Positions 44,537 to 56,180 of a stretch of DNA of 64,000 nucleotides are shown piece by piece; position 1 is the stretch's first letter, and each line of letters starts with the position of its first letter. The notes under the pieces were generated by a model, which worked only from the letters and a program-made list of their open reading frames with translations, ran no database searches and was not told the DNA's origin. This DNA comes from Rebecca billardiae RCC1528 (taxonomy: Eukaryota > Protista > Haptophyta), in the NCBI GenBank assembly GCA_965240325.2, contig OZ251226.1, positions 3,100,001-3,164,000 on the forward strand, read 5' to 3'. The position numbers and the translations under genes were made by a program.

Positions 44537-45026
44537 CTGCGCCAGCAGCCGCCACGCGTTCGGCTCTCGATCACCCACGAGGCGATCTCCTTGTCGTACT
44601 GTACCCCCATACTGTACGACTGTACAGTATCTTCATGCCGCGTAACACCAAGGTAAGTTTCCAGTGCAACCTGTCTCAATCGGGGGTCGGAACGGGGACT
44701 CTGCTGCATGGTCCGCTTGGTTGACTTGGCGGCTCGGGGCCAAGACGTACTGTAATAGGACCACGCTACTACGCGATTTGATGGCGGCGTCTTCGCCACC
44801 GTGCTATGCCCGCGTCGTCCGGGGTTACGATGGTGTCGCAATACCTGGCTGCCAGTCACCGGCGAACGCCGCAGGTGGCAGGGGGCTTGTCGCTGCCCCG
44901 GTAGCTTCGGGGCTGAGCTGTCATTGTCGCACATGCAACGGTGGCTGCTCGAGTGTGCTGTGCACCGCACGCGTGCCCTGCGCCCGGCGAAGCCCGGCCG
45001 TGCCCCCCGCGGGCGGCCCGCCCGGC

Positions 45027-46541
45027 CTACCAGCCGCCGCCGCCCTGGTAGGGCATGCGGATCCAGCCGCGCTCGAGTGCCACCTCAAACGAGAAGCGCG
45101 GCTCGTTGGGGCCCGTCTTCCACGACCAGTAGATCCAGCCCATGTTGCGCCGCACGCTCTCGTACGCCTTGCGCTGCGTGCGCGCGAACTTGACCATCGC
45201 CTTCTCCACCTCCTCCGGGCTGAGCTGCGCGAACTCGCGCGAGGCGACGCCCTGGTACGGCACCTGCAGCGCCCACTCGCCCACGAGTGTCGGGCGCGCG
45301 GGCATCGCGAGCGCCTTCGCCTGCCACTTTGGCAGCCGGTTCAGGTCGAAGTCGAGGTGCAGCTTGTCCGCGGGCGGGAAGCAGTTGTAGATGTGCAGGT
45401 CGTACACCACGTTCTCGAACCCCGCGTCGATCCCCTGCCCGAGCGAGGCGAGCCAGTCCGACGCGGGCCCCTGCGAGAGGCGCAGCTTGTCCACGAGCTC
45501 GAGCGCCTCGGACGCGGACGCGCTCGCGACGCGCGTCGGCGTGTAGAACGACGGGAAGATGTTGATGATGACGGCGACGCGCTCCGCGTCCATCCCCGCG
45601 TCGCGCACCGCGCGGTACGCCTGCTTGTAGTACTCGATCAGCCGGCGCACGCCCAGCCGCGGCGACGGCTCGTTGAGCAGCTCGAAGCCGATCACGTGGT
45701 CAGCGCCCGCGTACCGGCGCGCAAGCCGCTCGACGACGGCCACGCTCGCGCCGATGTCCCAGTCCTCCGGCTTCCAGTCGGGGTTGCCGCGGCCGACGGT
45801 GATCGCCTCGCTCTGGAAGCCGGGCGCGGAGTGCAGGTCGAGGATCACGTTGAGCCCCTCCTCCTCCGCCCAGTCCACCGCGCGGTCGAGCAGCTCGATG
45901 TCGGGCGCGATGAACGGCGGCGCCGGGTCCAGGATCCACCAGCCAAACGGCACGCGCACCGTGTTGAGACCGGCGGCGGCGATGCGCGCAAAGTCGTCGC
46001 GCGTGATGTACGTCGCGCGGTGCGCCTGCAGCCGGCGCGCGCACTCGGCCTCGCCCAGCCGCACGCACAGGCTCCACTCGTCCGGCGCCTCCTCCCAGTT
46101 CGTGCCGGCGAACGGCGAGTCCGGCGAGCCCTCGTACATCCAGCGCTCGAGCAGCAGCCAGCCGCCCACGTTCACGCCGCGCACGGGCTGGCGCGGCTGC
46201 CAGATCTCGGGGGAGAAGAGGCGCACGTACCCGATGGCGAGGAGCACGAGGCACAGCGTGCAGCACGCGCTGCACATCCGGAAGAGCCGCCGGCCGTACG
46301 GCTTGTGCAGCTCGCGGTCCACGTACTTGAACATGTCGGCGGGCGCCTCGCCCGCGCCCAGCTTGTGCGAGAGCGAGCGCACGAAGCTCGTGCCGTGCGG
46401 CGAGGGCGGCGGCACCTCCTCCGCCGCGTCGTGCCACGCGGGCTGCACCTCCTCCTCCTCCAGCTGCCAGCCCACCGTGCGCCGCCGGTGCGCGCTGCTC
46501 GCGCCGAGACCGGCCGTGCGCGGCGAGCGCGGCGGGCTGCC

Positions 46542-46609
<68 letters not shown>

Positions 46610-47573
46610 GCTCGCCCGCCTCAGCGGCGGCGATCGCGGCGTCCGACGCAGCGATGTCCACGGCGTTGCCGACGGGCCACACCGCGCGCCGCCCGTCACG
46701 CATGGGCGAGCGGCTCGGCGAGGCCACGGGCGAGGGCGTTGCGGAGCAGTTGGGCGAGCGCGGCGGCGGCAGCGGCGGCCCCGCCCGCTCCGCGCTCGCG
46801 TGCTGCACGCCGCGTGCCACTGTGCTGGAGGGAGGCGCGAGCGTGGCGGTGCGCACTGGCGAGTGCGGGTGCGAGTGCGCGTGGTGGCGCCGAGACGCGC
46901 TGGGCTGGCTGCCCCTCGCCATCGCCGCGGCCACCTTCGCCACCGCCGCCGCGTCGCTGTGCTCGGCATCGCGCTCAGACACGCCGCCGCTGCCGCCGCT
47001 GCCGCCGCGGCCGCCGCTGCTGCCGCGGCCGCCGCTCCTATTCTCGCCAGGGCGCGCGTTCGGAGGGCGCAGCGACTCGACATCGGCGAGCGAGGTGACG
47101 CCGCCACCCAGGCCGACGGAGAGCGCGACGCGCGCGTGCGCGTGGACCGGTTCGGGCCCCTCCGACCGCCGCTGTCGCCGCCGCGACGAGGGCGGCTTGA
47201 CGGGGACCGCCGGCTGCAGTGAGACGGCGACGGCAAACGGCGTCGGCTTCGAGGGCGACGTGCCGCCCGGCGAGACGGGCGGCCGCGCGGGCGAGACTGG
47301 AGCGCTCCGTTGCGCGGCGGGCGAGCGCGGCGGCGGCGGCGGCGGCGGCTCGTCCGACGCCGCGGCCGCGTGCGCGAGGCCGCGCGCTCGGCCTGCGGAG
47401 GAATCGTCGTCGTCTGCGTCCGCGCCCTCGACTAGGATGTGGTACCCGCCCGTATGCACCTCCAAGGGCTTGGGCGAAGTCAGCCGACGCGTTTGGACCG
47501 ACTGGCGCCCCGTCGTCGCGCCATCGGCCGCTGGGGCGTCGTCCAGCCGCTCGTAGCCGTCGGCTGCCGGCAT
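45027..47573 (-). CDS. GH5 exo-beta-1,3-glucanase-like protein, type II membrane
   Basis: RGVNVGGWLLLERWM, GLNTVRVPFGWW, VILDLHSAPG, GFELLNEP (acid/base), LVGEW (nucleophile), GWIYWSWK. One TM after a long disordered, poly-Gly-containing N-terminus. Confidence 0.9.
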
Positions 47574-47779
47574 GCTTGGCCCAATTTGGCCGCCCGCCTC
47601 GCCCGCTCACGTCCGGCCAACCGTGAGCAGGTCAGATTTGCGGTCCGGCTCCCGGCACGTTCCCCAGCCGGGCAAGATGGCGGCCGGGCGGATAGTGTTG
47701 GAGCGCGTTGACTTGCTGGCCAGGGGCGCCCGGTAGCTTTGCGCTCCTCTTGGTGGCCCCCGCGTCCGAAATCACCATC

Positions 47780-47922
47780 ATGTCGGACAGCACGGGGCAG
47801 CCCATGTTCCTCGCGCTGCTCAAGGGCGGCGAGGGCGACGACGACAGCACGCCCTCGGCCGATGGGGATGACGAGGACGACGATGATGACGAGGACGACG
47901 ACGGGGAGGAGGGCGCTGCCGA

Positions 47923-47966
<44 letters not shown>

Positions 47967-50962
47967 GCGAGCGGGGCGCGGGCCGGCCTGGTGTGGCCGT
48001 GCATGAGGGGGGGGGGCGCAGGGGCTCGGACGGGTCTGACTCGAGCGCGGCGGACGAGGAGGTGGTAGTGGCGCCCGACGGCGAAAACGAGCTCGACAGC
48101 GAGACCGGGCTCATCCTAGCCGCGCGCCAGCTCGAGATCAGCCTTGAGTCGGAGTCGGAGGGCGACGGCTCGTCCGGCGCTGGCCGCGCCGCGCCCGCGA
48201 CGCAGCTGATCAGCGCGAAGATGGTGAGGCACCTGAAGCCCGCCTCGACGGACACGTCAAACACCGCGCCCCTGCCCCGACGCTCCATCGCCAACCGCAA
48301 CTCCTCCGTCTTCCACGGCGTGACGAGCGCGGCCGACGTCGTGCCCAAGATGAACGCGCAGCTGCTCGTGGACGCGCTCGAGATGGCGGCGGGCGTGCTC
48401 GAGGCGGGCGGGCCGTCGGCGGTGGAGGCGGCGCTCGGGCGAATGCGCACGACCACCGCGCTCCAGCTCCCGCCCACCGTGCCCGACACCGACGCGGACG
48501 CGCTCGAGTGCGTGCGCCGAATCGCGCGCGCGGCGCCGGCCGAGCACGAGCTGTGCGCGATGGTCGCGGGCCACCTGTGCCGCTGGTCGGGGGCGGAGGA
48601 GAACGCGGCGGCGCTGTGCGGGGAGGACGGGCTGGACGCGCTGTTCACGCTGATGGCGCAGTACGCGCCCGCCGTGCGCGAGCCCGCGTGCCAGGCCTTC
48701 GCCAACCTGTGCGCGCTGCCGCAGGGCGCGGCCACGCTCGGCACCGCGCGCGCGCTCGAGCGCGTGTGCACGGCGGTCGGCACGCACCTCGAGCACGCGG
48801 GCGGCGGCAGCGAGAGCGAGACGGCGTCGAGCTCGGCGAATATCATGCGCGGGCTCAAGAAGCTCGCGCTCTCCGCCGACGGGCGCACAGCCCTCGCCGC
48901 GGGCAGCGCGCTGCCGCTCATCGTCGAGGTCGCGCGCGCGCACGCCACGTGCGCCGCGGTGATTGAGCAGTCCATGCGCATCGTCGGGAACGTCGCCATC
49001 GAGCCCGAGCGGGAGGAGGCGATCATTGAGTCGGGCTGCGTGCAGCTGCTGTGCGCGCACCTCGGCGCGACCGACGCCTCCGTCCTCTCCGCCGTCGCCG
49101 GCGCGCTCGCCAACCTCATCTCCAACTCGATCGTCCGCTCGATCATCGTCGCGAACGGCTGCGTCGCGCCGATCTGCGACATCGTGGCTGGCCCGATGCA
49201 GGAGACGGCCGAGGTGTACAAGCACGCGTCGTGGCTGCTCACCTCGCTCGCCGTGGAGCACGAGAGCCGCGCGCATGTGCTCGCGAACGGTGCGCGCGCG
49301 CGCTGCCGCCGCGCTGCCGCCGCGCCGCGCGCGCGCGCACCGGTGCCCGCGCCGCCCGACCGCGCTCACGCGCGCTCCGCGCTCGGCCACGCGCTCGCTC
49401 GGCCGCGCGGCGCGTGACCGCGCGCGCGCGCGCCGCGCTGTGCGTAGGCGGGCTGAAGCTCCTCGTGGCGCACTGCGCGCGGCCGTCGACGCAGTTCCAC
49501 GAGGAGGGCGCGTGGGCGCTGGCGAACCTCTCGGCGGACGTGCGCAACGCGATGCCCATCGTCGAGGCGGGCGCGCTGCCTGTCCTCTTCCAGCTCGTCT
49601 CGTCAGACTCTGCGTCTGTGCAGCTGCAGGTGGGCGCGCGCGCGCACGCAGCGCGCGCGCACACGCGCAGCGGGCGCGCACGCCGCGCCAGCGGGGCTTT
49701 GCGGAGAGCCCCCCCGCCGACCAGCCCGCCGCGCCGCCGCTCCCGCGCGCGCCCGCGTCCGCGCGCCCGCGCCGCCCCGCGCGTGTGCAGGCGACGTGGG
49801 TGTTTGCCAATCTGTCCGTGGTGGACGAGCTGAAGGGGCGGATCGGCAGCCATGCTGGGTTCGTGCCGCTGCTCTACTCGACGCTCGAGCGCACCGCGCA
49901 GGGCGCGGACGCGCACCGCCCGCTGCGGCTGCAGACCATCCGCACGCTCGCAAACCTCGCGGTCGAGACGTCCAACCGAGCGCTCGTCTCCTCCGGCCTG
50001 CCGGTCGCGACCGACACGCTCGCGTCTGCCACGCGTGACGACATTGCGCAGGCGACGCTGCGGCTGGTGGTGAACCTCTCGTACGACGCGGCGATTGCGT
50101 CGGCCATGCTCGAGTCCGAGCAGCTCGTGCGGCTGCTCGTCTCGAGCTGCGCCTCGACCAACGAGGCCATACAGCAGGAGGTGAGGAGCGCCCGCGCGCG
50201 CAACCGGCTCGGCCGAGCCGCGTGCGGGCGCCGCGAGCGCGCGGCGTGCTCAGCGCGTGCCGTGCGCCGTGTGCCGTGCGTGCGCGCTGGTGCGCACAGG
50301 CGGTGCTGTGCATTGTGAACCTCTCGCTGGACGAGCGCGCGGAGGCGAAGCTGCTGGCGGAGGGCGCGCTGCCGCCGCTCGTCGCCATCCTGCGCTCGGG
50401 CTCGCTCGTGCTGCAGGAGCAGGCAAGCGCACCGCGGCATGCGACACGTGCGCCCACGCGGCATGCGGCACATGCGCGAGCTCGCGCGAGCACGCGCGAG
50501 CACGCGCGAGCACGCGCGCGCGCGCGCACGCGCTCACGCGGCCCTCCCCGCGCGCGCGCCGCCCCCCGCCGCGCGGCGCAGGCCGCGTGGGCGCTGGCGA
50601 ACGTGACCTCCTCGCGCGAGGCCAAGATGAAGGCCATCGAGCTGGGCGCACTGCCCACGCTCAAGAGCCTCTACCGCTCCTCCTCGTCGCAGATGCGGCA
50701 GGCCTCGACCAAGATCATGACCTCGCTGCTCTCGATGGTGACGCCGACGTCGCGCAAGGTCTTCCTGCCCTCGCAGTCCACCATCCGGGACACGCACCGC
50801 GGCCGCTCGCCGCTGGTGGACGGCTCGCGCATGTCGTCCGCGCCCAAGCGGCCGAGCGCGCTCGGCGCGCCGAGCAACCTGGGCAAGGGGAGCGGCGGAG
50901 GCGGCGGCGGGAGCAGCGCCAGCGGCGCGAGTGGCGCGAGCGAAGAGCAGGGCACGACCTGA
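47780..50962 (+). CDS. Armadillo-repeat protein (Vac8-like repeats) with acidic N-terminus
   Basis: ARM repeats (AGALANL, GAWALANLS, TWVFANLS, AAWALANV). Introns 49290-49447, 49630-49790, 50181-50299 and 50423-50581 (GC-AG). Confidence 0.85.
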
Positions 50963-51649
50963 CGCCACGCGCCCACCCATCGGCCGCACCGCCCCAAGGA
51001 AGGGCGAGCGAGCGCGCGCGCACTCGTGTGCGTCGGCGCGCGGCGCTGGTTGAGGCGGGAGGGGCGGCCTGCGTCAGAGCCCGCCGGCGCTACTGGCCGT
51101 GGCCGCCGGGCTCGAGCAGTGAGCATGGCTCTGGCCGTGCGCGTGCGATAGCCCGCCTGCCTCCTGCGCCTCGCCATGACGACTCGCGCCGCCGCCGTCA
51201 TGGCGCTGTGCGGCGTTCGTCTGCGCTGGGGCGGCCATCGGATGGGGCCCGCGGGCCCGGCCATCGGACGATCGCGGATCGGTGATCGGCGCATCGGCTA
51301 CTACCGGACTGCGCTTATTGTGGCAACACAACACTGATATGACGATGTATCGCGCGCGTCTACTGCGCTGCGCTATCAGCGCGCAGCTGCTATTAGTTTC
51401 TAGATCATTACTAGCCGACGAGCAGCATCACGGACGAGCCGCGCCCGCAGGCTGCGCATGACGCACATCAGTCATCACCGTCGGCCCGTCCGTCGTCGCC
51501 GGGCGTCACGTCGTCACACACACGGACTCGGACCGAGCAGTTGACGATGAGGACGCGATCAGTAGTCGCGCCGATGCAGGCGCAATGGCGCGGACGAGGC
51601 ACGCGATGCAGGCATGCCACGCGCACGGTGCATGCGCGCATGTTCGGAA

Positions 51650-53302
51650 TCAACGCCAGTAATCCCAATGCTCGTTCGAGGCCTGCCCCTGGTGCTTGTC
51701 GAGCAGCCGGGTGAAGTTTGCCTCGGCGAGGTCAGCCACCGCATCGGCGGTCGAGAGCACGCCGGAAACATAGCTCTTCCAATCCAGCCCGCCTGGCAAC
51801 TTGGCGTCTGCGTCCTTGCGCTCGTCCGAGCGCCACTCGAGGGAGATGTAGCGCGCCGCGTTGGCCACGACGAGCTCGTACTTGGCCTTGAAGCGAGGCC
51901 AGGCCTCGCGCAGCGCGTGCACGTCGGAGCTGCGCGCGAGCCTCCCCCCAGCCCCCTGCGCGCGCCCCTGCGCGCGCACGCTGGAGACCGCGCCGATGGC
52001 GAGGGCGAGGTGCACCGGCTCGTCGCTGAGCGAGCTGGCGATGGCGAGGTCGAGGTCGGAGGCGTGGACGGAGCTGCGCGCCCTGCTCCACGCGCCGGCA
52101 CGCGGCCCGACGTCCACGCTGCGCGCGCCCCCGTCGAGCAGGCAGGCGAGGAGGTGCAGCCCGGGCAGCTCGGCGCACATCGCTTCGAGCAGCGGCTTGT
52201 CCTGGGGTGGGAGGAGAGAGGCGGGGGGCCACTTCTCGCCGAGCATGCCCACGACCCCACCGGGCCAGCGGCGGAGGCACTCCGCGCGGAGGGCGCGCGC
52301 CAGAGGGTCGTCCTCCCCTGCGCTGCCGACGAGGAAGGCCCAGCCGTCGTCGAGGGGCAGCGCCGCCTGCGCGCGGCCGAAAGGCTTGGCGAGTGCGAGC
52401 GCCACCTCGGACGTCCGGCGCGCGCTGATCTTGCTGGGGGCCTTGCGGAGGTCGTTGGTGAGCGTCGAGTAGAGCGAGGAGCGCTCGGCCGCGACCGCCC
52501 ACGCCTCCGCGAGCCCGTGCTTCTGCGTGAGCAGCGCCCTGATGCTGCCGGCGAGGTCGGCCACCTTGCGCGCCTTGGCCTGCTTGCGCTGCTGAGCGTC
52601 CGCGGCCTGTCCGCTCTCGCGCGCGTGCCGCTCCGCCAGCGCCTCCGCCTGCACGCGGTCGTAGAGCTCGAGCACGTCCGCGCCGTCGGGCTGCTGGGCG
52701 AGGTAGGCGTCTAGCTCCGCCCGCGGGGTCGTGCCGTTGCCAACGGCCGCAGCGCGCGCCTCGTTCGCCACCTGCACCGTCACGAGCGGCCCGGCGCGCT
52801 CCCCGCCGCGTGTGTACGGGTGCGCCCACATGTAGTGGTTGAGCCCCGCGGCCTTGCACACGCGCTCGTGGTCGAGGGCGAAGCCGTACGCGCCTCGGCT
52901 CACCTGCACCGCGCCCCCGTCCCTGTTGCACGGCCAGCACCAGAAGAGCCCAAACTCCTCGCGCGCGCACTTTGGCCGCGCGCTCGCCGTGCAGAACCGG
53001 TTCTCGCACTTGCGCGCGCACGCGAGGCGCAGGAGGCGGAGCGGCGACGGGGGGAAGATTGAGCGCGCGCGCAGCAGCTTGATGGTGTTCTGGACGTTGG
53101 CCAAGCCCGTGCTCGTGCCACGCGCGAGCACGGCCTTCACGACGTGGTCGAGGGAGAGGAGGCGCAGCGTGCGCCTCGAGCACGTGGCCGCGCGGAGCAG
53201 CGCCTGCGGCTCGAGGTACGCGAAGACGGTCGTGAGGATGTCGTCATCCGCGTCGAGCGGGCCATCCACGTCGCCCGGGCGGCGGGACTTGCGTGGCGGC
53301 AT
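51650..53302 (-). CDS. F-box-like protein with a Cys-rich motif
   Basis: DDILTTVFAYLEPQALLRAATCSR near the N-terminus; PSPLRLLRL...KCE..C...CWPC. ATG at 53302. Confidence 0.65.
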   Translation of the reverse strand: MPPRKSRRPGDVDGPLDADDDILTTVFAYLEPQALLRAATCSRRTLRLLSLDHVVKAVLARGTSTGLANVQNTIKLLRARSIFPPSPLRLLRLACARKCENRFCTASARPKCAREEFGLFWCWPCNRDGGAVQVSRGAYGFALDHERVCKAAGLNHYMWAHPYTRGGERAGPLVTVQVANEARAAAVGNGTTPRAELDAYLAQQPDGADVLELYDRVQAEALAERHARESGQAADAQQRKQAKARKVADLAGSIRALLTQKHGLAEAWAVAAERSSLYSTLTNDLRKAPSKISARRTSEVALALAKPFGRAQAALPLDDGWAFLVGSAGEDDPLARALRAECLRRWPGGVVGMLGEKWPPASLLPPQDKPLLEAMCAELPGLHLLACLLDGGARSVDVGPRAGAWSRARSSVHASDLDLAIASSLSDEPVHLALAIGAVSSVRAQGRAQGAGGRLARSSDVHALREAWPRFKAKYELVVANAARYISLEWRSDERKDADAKLPGGLDWKSYVSGVLSTADAVADLAEANFTRLLDKHQGQASNEHWDYWR

Positions 53303-53540
53303 GCCGTGGGTTGCTCGGTGGGCGCGCAGGCCGCGGGAGGGGCGGGGGGCCGCGGAAGCGTTCGTAGGCCAGGGTCTTGCCAGGGTGGTCGCCAGGCGGA
53401 CCAGCCTGCCTGTGCAGTGGCTGGGCGCGGCTCGCCAGTGCGTGCGAGGGCGGGTCCGGAGCACTGGCTTGCCGGCTTGGCAGTTTTGGAGTCCCGGACC
53501 GGAGGCACCAGAATAACAAAAATCGCCGGCTCGCCCGTCG

Positions 53541-55933
53541 ATGAGCATGGCAGGCTCCGCCGGCGGGCGCGAGCTCGCCGGCCTCTTCGGGCTGGGCACG
53601 ACGTCGAATGCGGTGCTGCAGACCATCTCGCGGATCGGGCCGACAAGGCGCTCATCTGGCCCCGCCCCCCTCGCGCACACGACGATGTGGGGCTGGTGCA
53701 AGGACTCGCGGCTCGTCGAGACGCGCGCGGATCCCAAGGCGAGCACGATCGCGCTGCCGTGGAAGGCGTGCTCGTTTCGGGACACGTTCGGCGGCGCGAA
53801 CGGCGCCCGCGTGACGTCGCAGCTGGTCAACGGGCTCGCCGAGGAGCCCAGCGACGAGGAGCCCAGCGAGCCCGCGCCGCCGCCGCCGCCGACGCCCGAG
53901 CGCGCCGAGGGCGCGCGCAAACGGCCACGCCCGCCGGAGCAGCATGCGGGCGCGCGCGCCGCGTGCCAGCGGGTGGAGATCGTGTCCGGCGCGCACGCTG
54001 GCCGCGTGGGGCGGGTTCTGTCGTCTGCCAATGGCTACTATCACGTGCACCTCGAGCCGCGCGCGCGGCCGAGCTCGCCCAGCTGCGTCCAGCACACGGA
54101 GGGCGGCGCGCTGCACGGAGCGAGCGGCGGCGGCGCGAGCGCAGCCGCTGAGCCGGGGGCGCAGCCGGTGGCGGACGGTGCGGCTGAGGTGGCGCACTGC
54201 CGCTGGAGCGCGCTGCGCCTCCTGCCGGCCGAGCCGAGTGACGCGGCGCCGCCCTCGCCCGGACCCGCGCCACGCGCGCAGCCCAAGCCACGGCCGGCGC
54301 CGCCCAAGCGCGCAGGGCAGCCGTTCGCGCGCGTGCGGCCGCCCAAGCCGGTGCCGAGCGCTGCCGCGCGCGCGCGCCCCCCGCCCTCCGAGGACGGAGC
54401 AGAGCGCGGCGCGAGCGCGGCGCACGCGGCGGTGGGCGCACCGGGCGAGAGCACGAAGGGCACAGCGCGCGACGCCGCACGCGCCGACATCGTCGACGCG
54501 AGCCCTGCCGACGCGCCCGCCGGCGCGCCGGTCGCAGAGCTGGCCTGTGCGCGCGAGGGCGGCGGTGCCGGGCGCGGGGGCGCGCGGCCGCGCGGCGCGA
54601 GGCGGTCGGAGGCGCCGGCGGCAGCGCAGTCGGTGTGCCCGCTGTGCGGCGACGCGCTCGGCGACTCGAACGTGAAGGCGACCGCGCACATCGACCGCTG
54701 CCTGCTCAACGCAGGCGGTGCGGCGGACGTGTGCGCCGCCATCGAGCCCGCAGCCGAGGCTGAGGGTGTCACCGCAGCGGCTGAGGCGGCCGGTGCGAAT
54801 GCGCGGGCGCATGCGGCCGGTGATGTGCCTCCCGCGCCGCCGGCCGCGGGGCGCTCTGTCGCGTCCGCCACGGCGCAGGATGGCGGCGGGGCCGGCGCGA
54901 GCCTCCGCGCCGCCGAGACCCCGCGCGCCGCGCGCGAGGTGCGCGTGGCGGGGCTGCTAGTGCCAGTGCGCTGGCTGCGCACAGTCGCACGCCGCCCGAC
55001 CGCCGAGCCGCCGCCGCCGCCGCGGTACGCGGGCGCTGGCGGCGCTCAGGTCGCGCACGACGGGGGCGCGGCGGGCGCGGCGGGCTCTCGGGACGCGCCG
55101 CCGCCGCCGAGGCTGTGCACGGCGCCGAATCGGCACCGCTGCCTCGAGCTCTTCCGCGCGAGCGTCGCCGCAGCGCCCGCGCCGCGCCCCGCGGCCGAGC
55201 CCGCGCGCACGCTCACGCCGCCGCCGTCGGCCGCGCTGCAACGCGCCGCGTCGGCGAGCCGCTACCACATCGAGGCGGTGGAGACGGCGGGCGGGCGGCT
55301 GGTCGCGCGCTGGGTGTTCCCATCCGCCAACCCGGGCGACGCGGGAGCGTGGGCTGCCGTCTTCAGGCTGCCGCCCGATGTGGACCCGTCCGAGGCCGAG
55401 GCCGGTGCGTGCGCGCGCGCGCGCGAGCGCTCGGGAGCGGCGCTCGCTTTCGCGCGCGCGCGCTCACGAGGGGGCCGAGCGCTCGCGCGCGCGCGCGCAC
55501 GCACCGGCCGGGTCGAGCCCGCGCGCGCGCTCACGCGCCGCGGTGCCGTCGCCGTCCCGGTGCGCAGTGCCGTGGGTCGACCCGTCCTCTCGCCTGCTGT
55601 GGACGTGGATCACCAAGAACGCCTTCTTTGGCGAGACGCGCTTCGCCTCGTCCGCGCTCGGCCGTCTGGAGGACGGCTCGTACACCGTGATGGTGCGTGG
55701 CGTGCTGCGCGCGCGCGCCTGCCCGCCCCTCAGGGCCCCTCCGTGCGGCGCACGGCTCACACGCGCCGCGCGCCGCGCGCCGCGCCGCGCCCGTCCTGCG
55801 CCACGCCCAGCTCTTCAAGGCGTCCGGCCTGCAGTGCGCGGGCTTTGGTGCCGTGCGCGCCGCGATCGCCACCGCCTTCCACGTGCGGGACGGGCACGTG
55901 TGCACGACGGCGATGATGGCGATGGCCTCATGA
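53541..55933 (+). CDS. Hypothetical protein with KOW-like motif, UBZ-type zinc finger and SKICH/Ig-like C-terminal domain
   Basis: RVEIVSGAHAGRVGRV (KOW-like), CPLC...AHIDRCL (UBZ-like). Introns 55405-55567 and 55693-55810. Confidence 0.6.
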
Positions 55934-56180
55934 TCTAGAGTAGTGAGCACAGCTCTCTCGCCGTCACACTGGAGCCGTACTCCATTACTGTACCGGTGGG
56001 AGGACGAACGGTGTCGTTGGAGGCCGCTTTGCACCAGCCAATCAGATTGCACCTGCTTGTACTGATGCACCAAACGGCTTCAACATCAGTATTGGAAGGA
56101 GCGCCTCCCGCGTGCTTGCATGATCAGCATCTTGGGCGCCGCAGAAGTTGGGCCAGGGCAAGAGGGCGCGCGTCAGCGCG

